This document shows positions 59,608 through 64,000 of a stretch of DNA of 64,000 bases, piece by piece. The position numbers were made by a program, and so were the translations under genes. Position 1 is the first letter of the stretch. Every line of letters starts with the position of its first letter. This DNA comes from Balamuthia mandrillaris (taxonomy: Eukaryota). The DNA is taken from positions 62,001 through 126,000 of the forward strand of contig JAVKOQ020000047.1 of NCBI GenBank assembly GCA_031835245.2, read 5' to 3'. Below the pieces are notes generated by a model, which was not told where the DNA came from, searched no databases, and saw nothing but the letters and a program-made list of their open reading frames with translations.

Positions 59608-61002
59608 CTAGACCTGTTTTGTATCATCTACTCTAGTCTCTTCTTCCTCGTTTTCTTCTTGTTCTCCTGTGCAGTCACTTTGTTGTTGTTGCTGCCCTCT
59701 TTGGTTGCTTTCACTTCTTTCATGCCGTCTCCTCTCCTGCTTCGCCCACTCCAACAATTCCCCATGTTTCCGCTCAGTGGCCAACTTACAAACCATGCGA
59801 TAATTCCAAGGGCAACCATGCTCCCTCGCCCACTTCAACACTTTCAGATGCCCTCCAAACGCTGCTATGGTGCATGTGCCTTCGTCCCAAGGGCATCCTT
59901 CCTCGTGTAACCATTGCAATAATTCCAAGTTACCATTTCTCGCTGCTTGTGTGCAAACCTTGGGACCCCAAGGGCACGGTTGGTTCCGCTGTTCTGCTCC
60001 TCTCATCCATTTGAGCACATGCAGTTGTCCGTGAGCAGCAGCTGCAATGCTCGTGGCGAGACCCCAAGGACAGCCTTGCTCGCGTGCCCATTTCAGCATG
60101 TTTATCTGGCCGTGCACTGCCGCCCAACCACAGATCTCTAAAGTGGAAGTAGGGAGCGGACAGCCTTGCTCGTGTGCCCATTTCAACACGTTTAGCTGGC
60201 CACTCTTTGCCGCGATGGAGCAAGCCTTGTTCTTGTCCCAAGGACAGCCTTGAGCAACCATCCATTTCACCACGTGCAGCTGTCCTCCTCGGATCGCCTG
60301 CTCGCTGCTGTTTTGGCTCCAAGGACATCCATGCTCTCTCGCCCATTGCAGCACCTCCAAATGGCCGTTCTTGGCTGCATTTGTGCAGGTCCACTCGTTC
60401 CAGGGGCAACCCTGCTCTCTAACCCACTGCAATACCTCCAAGTGTCCTCCGCTTGCTGCTCCAGCGCTGGTTCGTTGGTTCCAAGGACATCCATGCTCCC
60501 TCGCCCATTGCAGCACTGCTAGGTGGCCGTTGAGGGCTGCCGCCCTGCAAGTCCACGCGTCCCAAGGACAACCCTGCGCACGAGCCCACTGCAACACCGC
60601 CAAGTGCCCGTTGCTGGCCGCTTGGTAAGTGGTCTCCCAGCTCCAAGGACATCCATGCTCTCTGGCCCATTGCAGCACCGCCAAATGGCCGTGCTTGGCG
60701 GCTTCTCTGCAGGTGTTGGGGCTCCAGCGACATCCCCGTTTCCGTGCCATCGCCAAGACCTGCACGTTGCCAAGAGAAGCAGCAAGGTCGCAGGTGGTTT
60801 GGTCCGTTTGGAAGCCGTTGAGGAGGGACCATTGGAACAAGGCCGGCGAGCTGCAGGCCACCCTCGCGCTCAACCTGTGCCTCCGCTCCGCGGGACAACA
60901 GGCAAACCAACGGCGACAGGTCCTGGCAGCCACCGCCACCGTTCCTGGCGGAAGAAAGTCCAGCACGTAGGCTATCACCTCTGCTGGCAGCAGCTCCTCC
61001 AT
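59608..61002 (-). CDS. F-box + ankyrin-like (LQWAREHGCPW) repeat protein (intronless)
   Basis: LLPAEVIAYVLDFLP...ARTCRRW (F-box); about 13 repeats of the type AA..GHL.VLQWARE.GCPW. Met at 61002 is the likely start. Confidence 0.85.
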   Translation of the reverse strand: MEELLPAEVIAYVLDFLPPGTVAVAARTCRRWFACCPAERRHRLSARVACSSPALFQWSLLNGFQTDQTTCDLAASLGNVQVLAMARKRGCRWSPNTCREAAKHGHLAVLQWAREHGCPWSWETTYQAASNGHLAVLQWARAQGCPWDAWTCRAAALNGHLAVLQWAREHGCPWNQRTSAGAASGGHLEVLQWVREQGCPWNEWTCTNAAKNGHLEVLQWAREHGCPWSQNSSEQAIRGGQLHVVKWMVAQGCPWDKNKACSIAAKSGQLNVLKWAHEQGCPLPTSTLEICGWAAVHGQINMLKWAREQGCPWGLATSIAAAAHGQLHVLKWMRGAEQRNQPCPWGPKVCTQAARNGNLELLQWLHEEGCPWDEGTCTIAAFGGHLKVLKWAREHGCPWNYRMVCKLATERKHGELLEWAKQERRRHERSESNQRGQQQQQSDCTGEQEENEEEETRVDDTKQV

Positions 61003-61138
61003 GCTTCTTGTCTTCGCTCTGTTTTTTCTCACGTTCTTCTTTGGTTTCGTTCTCATGTCGTCATGAAATATTATCATGACGACGTGAGGTTTTGAATCAA
61101 CATTAAAGAAAGAAGTTACTCGCCGATCCGAAGAAGAG

Positions 61139-63246
61139 ATGGAGCCGCCTCCGTCGACGCCCGCGGTGGCGGTGGTGCTCACCGAGGCCGAGAGGCAGAT
61201 ATTCGATTTCTTGTTGGAGGTGGTCGCTCACTATCAGCTTGGGACCACGCTGCGAGCCGCCGGGGGTTGGGTTCGAGACAAGGTTGGTTTTCTTGCTTTC
61301 CTGTTGCACAAGCTTCTTCCTTCCTTCCTCTCTGTCTTCCTTGCTCCTCTTTTTCGTTTCTATTTGTTTGTAACGAACGTTCACAAACCTTTTTTTTTAA
61401 AAAAAAAAAGATACGTGGGAACGAAAGCGACGACATTGACATTGCGCTGGATAATATGATGGGCAGCCCCTTTGCCACTCTCGTCAATGAACACCTTCAA
61501 CAGAAGGGCTATGAAACCCACTCCATCGGTTAGATCGAAGCAAACGTTTTCTCTTCTCTTGCTATGCTCCTTTTGTCTCTTCTCTTCTCATTCTCTCTCA
61601 CATACACACATCTGCTGCTCTGCCTCTAAGCGTCTCCGCTTCGGGCGCTGTTAACGTATGATATGTAAACAGGCGTAATACACTCCAACCCCGAACAGTC
61701 AAAGCATTTGGAAACAGCCACAATGAGGATCTTTGATGTGTGGATCGATCTCGTCAACCTTCGCTCCGAATTCTACGCCGCTGACAGTCGCATTCCTCAT
61801 CACACTGTTCGCATCCTCTTGTTCTTGTTGTTGTTCTTCTTCTTTTTCTTGTTCTTCTTCTTCTTCTTCTTCTTCTTCTTCTTCTTCTTGTTCTTGTTCT
61901 TCTTCTTCTTCTTGTTCTTGTTCTTCTTCTTGTCTTGTTCTTGTTCTTGTTCTTGTTCTTGTTCTTGTTCTTGTTCTTGTTCTTGTTCTTCTTCTTGTTC
62001 TTGTTCTTGTTCTTGTTCTTTATCTCTTTTGCTATGTTCTCTCGTTTCACTTATCTTCTTCTCTATTCCTTGCGTCTTACGTTTTTTCTTAAAAAGCAAA
62101 TAGGAACACCAAAGGAAGATGCATTGCGTAGGGATCTTACTATTAACTCGCTTTTCTATAACATCAACACTGCATCAATTGAGGATTGGACAGGAACCGT
62201 AACGTCTCTCCTCTAGCCTCTCATACTTCTCTCTTTTCTCCTCTTCTTCTAGCATGACATAATCTAAAAGAATGACAAAAGTATAGGGCCTAAAAGACTT
62301 GGCTGAAGGAATCATTCGAACACCGCTCTCTCCTCATACTACATTCCTGGACGATCCTTTGCGAGTGTTGCGCGCTGTTCGGTTCGCCAGTCGTCTTGCC
62401 TTTGTGTTGGATGATGAGCTTGTTTCTGCTGCCATGGATCCTGAAATACAGGTTTCTGTTTGTATCTTGTTGTCTCTCTCTGTCTCTCTGTCTCTCTGTC
62501 TCTGTTTCTCTCTGTCTCGGCCTTTCCCTGTCTCTGTCCTTCTCCTCTCCTCATCTCTGCCTTCTTTCTCTGTTTTCTAAGTTAGCAAGTACTTAGCTCA
62601 CTTCTCTCTTCTCCTGTCTCTCTATCATATAAATGGATAAAGACCGCTTTGTCGCAGAAAGTAAGTCGAGAAAGAATTGGAAACGAGGTGGAAGGCATGC
62701 TTAATGGTATATTTTTTTTTTTAATAAGGACGTGCTTCCTAACCCTCAACATCATCTATATTGACGAGTCTATATTATGGCTATAAGGACCCAACCCAGA
62801 CAAAGCTTTTGATTACATTCTTCAGCTTGGATTGTTTGATATCGTTTGGAATCTACCCCCAAAGACAGGTATCCTAGTCTCTTCCATGCACATGCCTTTT
62901 CACTATGAGCTCATTGTTGATGTTAAACCCTTTCTCTCTCTGCCCTCTTCCTGAGTACAGATTTCTCTCACCAAAGTGATTCCAGAGAACATTGCACTGC
63001 TCAACTCCACAGAATGAAACGGTAAAATGCGCAAAGACTGTTGTCATTTAATGACTTCCATGTTAATATTTTTGTCAAAATAAGGTTGCTGAACGTGGCT
63101 GCGTCTTCCATTTCTATTGACCCCGCTAGAAGACGGCTGCTGCTCCTTAGCAGCTTTTTCAAACTGTTTGCCGGTCATTCTTATGCCAACAAGAAGGGAC
63201 GAGCTACACCCTTAATTGAGTATTTGGTTATCGAATCTGTCAAGGT

Positions 63247-63287
<41 letters not shown>

Positions 63288-63946
63288 TCTCGCTCGCTCC
63301 TCAGTTCATCACTTCATTTCGTCTTTTTTTCTCTCTTGCTCTTTCTCTTTTCCTCGCATTCTCCCCGCTCTGTTTATGATGCTCGTTGTTTTGTGCTTAC
63401 ACAATTCAACAGTGGAAGATCAAAGACGCCAAAGACATCATCACCGTTGCAGAGAATGCGGAGAAGCTTCGTGCTTTTGCCACATCACTTGCTTCCACCA
63501 ACTCATTCAACCGTCAATCCGTTGGTTCGTTGCTGCGCTATCTCTTCTCTCTCCCTTACTAAAGCACTCTTCTCCTACCATCCATCAACTCAAAACAAAA
63601 AGGTTTGGTGCTAAGAGAAACCAAACAACTTTGGGAAGACGCTCTGTTGGTCGGTCTTTCCCAGGAACTTCCTTTCTCTTCTTCGGAAGAAGAGCAACAC
63701 CAACAACAAATCTTGGCTCTCTTTCGGCTCTTTCAAAGCAAAGTGTTGGAGGAAGGATTGGACCAAGTGTGGAAGCTTGCCCCTTTGTGGAACGGCAAAG
63801 AGTTGGCGGGGGCGTTGGGCCTTGCTCCCGGCCCTCGCATCGGGCAGCTCATCCAACGAGAGATCGAGTGGCAACTCGCTCATCCTTCTGCCTCCAAAGA
63901 GGAATGCTTGCTGTACCTCCGAAAGGAAGTCTCCTCTTCTTCTTGA
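61139..63946 (+). CDS. CCA1: CCA-adding tRNA nucleotidyltransferase, multi-exon
   Basis: LRAAGGWVRDK, SDDIDIALDNM, NPEQSKHLETA, GTPKEDALRRDLTINSLFYN, TFLDDPLRVLRAVRFA, KVSRERIG. Confidence 0.95.
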
Positions 63947-64000
63947 CTGTAAAGTTTACAAAAACAAAGCAGAGTGTTTCAGCTTTCAACAGAGTTTAAT

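Noticed and set aside
59800..60800. Regular ~75-bp repeats that could look like a CRISPR array
   Set aside because: They are degenerate protein-coding ankyrin-like repeats; there are no identical repeats with unique spacers and no cas genes.
59608..61182. Extension of the F-box ORF to 61182, overlapping CCA1
   Set aside because: The extension has a non-ATG start and overlaps the CCA1 first exon; Met at 61002 directly precedes the F-box.

Overview
Gene-dense, intron-containing eukaryotic DNA. The short GT-AG introns packed with (GA)n/(GAA)n/(CTT)n microsatellites and the gene content suggest a free-living amoeba (amoebozoan-like; this is inference). About 27 host genes are visible, including glutamine synthetase II, GlyRS, SMU1, BiP, RAD51C, CCA-adding enzyme, two copines, an M28 peptidase, a START protein and an EGF-repeat surface protein. 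The main discovery candidate is an apparently intact, intronless Fanzor2 (eukaryotic IS607-TnpB-like, predicted RNA-guided nuclease) at 8316-10052. It carries an unusual N-terminal C2H2 zinc finger, NLS-like and AT-hook-like motifs, and is followed by a structured putative omegaRNA. A decayed second copy about 7.5 kb upstream (735-2447) shares the same right end and so fixes the element boundary. Its two pieces flank a CpG-free non-LTR retrotransposon relic. Other oddities are a Tudor+VCA actin-nucleation-factor-like protein, a GNAT-like/epoxide hydrolase fusion, a MYND-esterase fusion, intronless giant-virus-like genes, and ERSE-II elements upstream of BiP. All assignments come from motif recognition by eye; no database searches were run, and exon boundaries of multi-exon genes are approximate.
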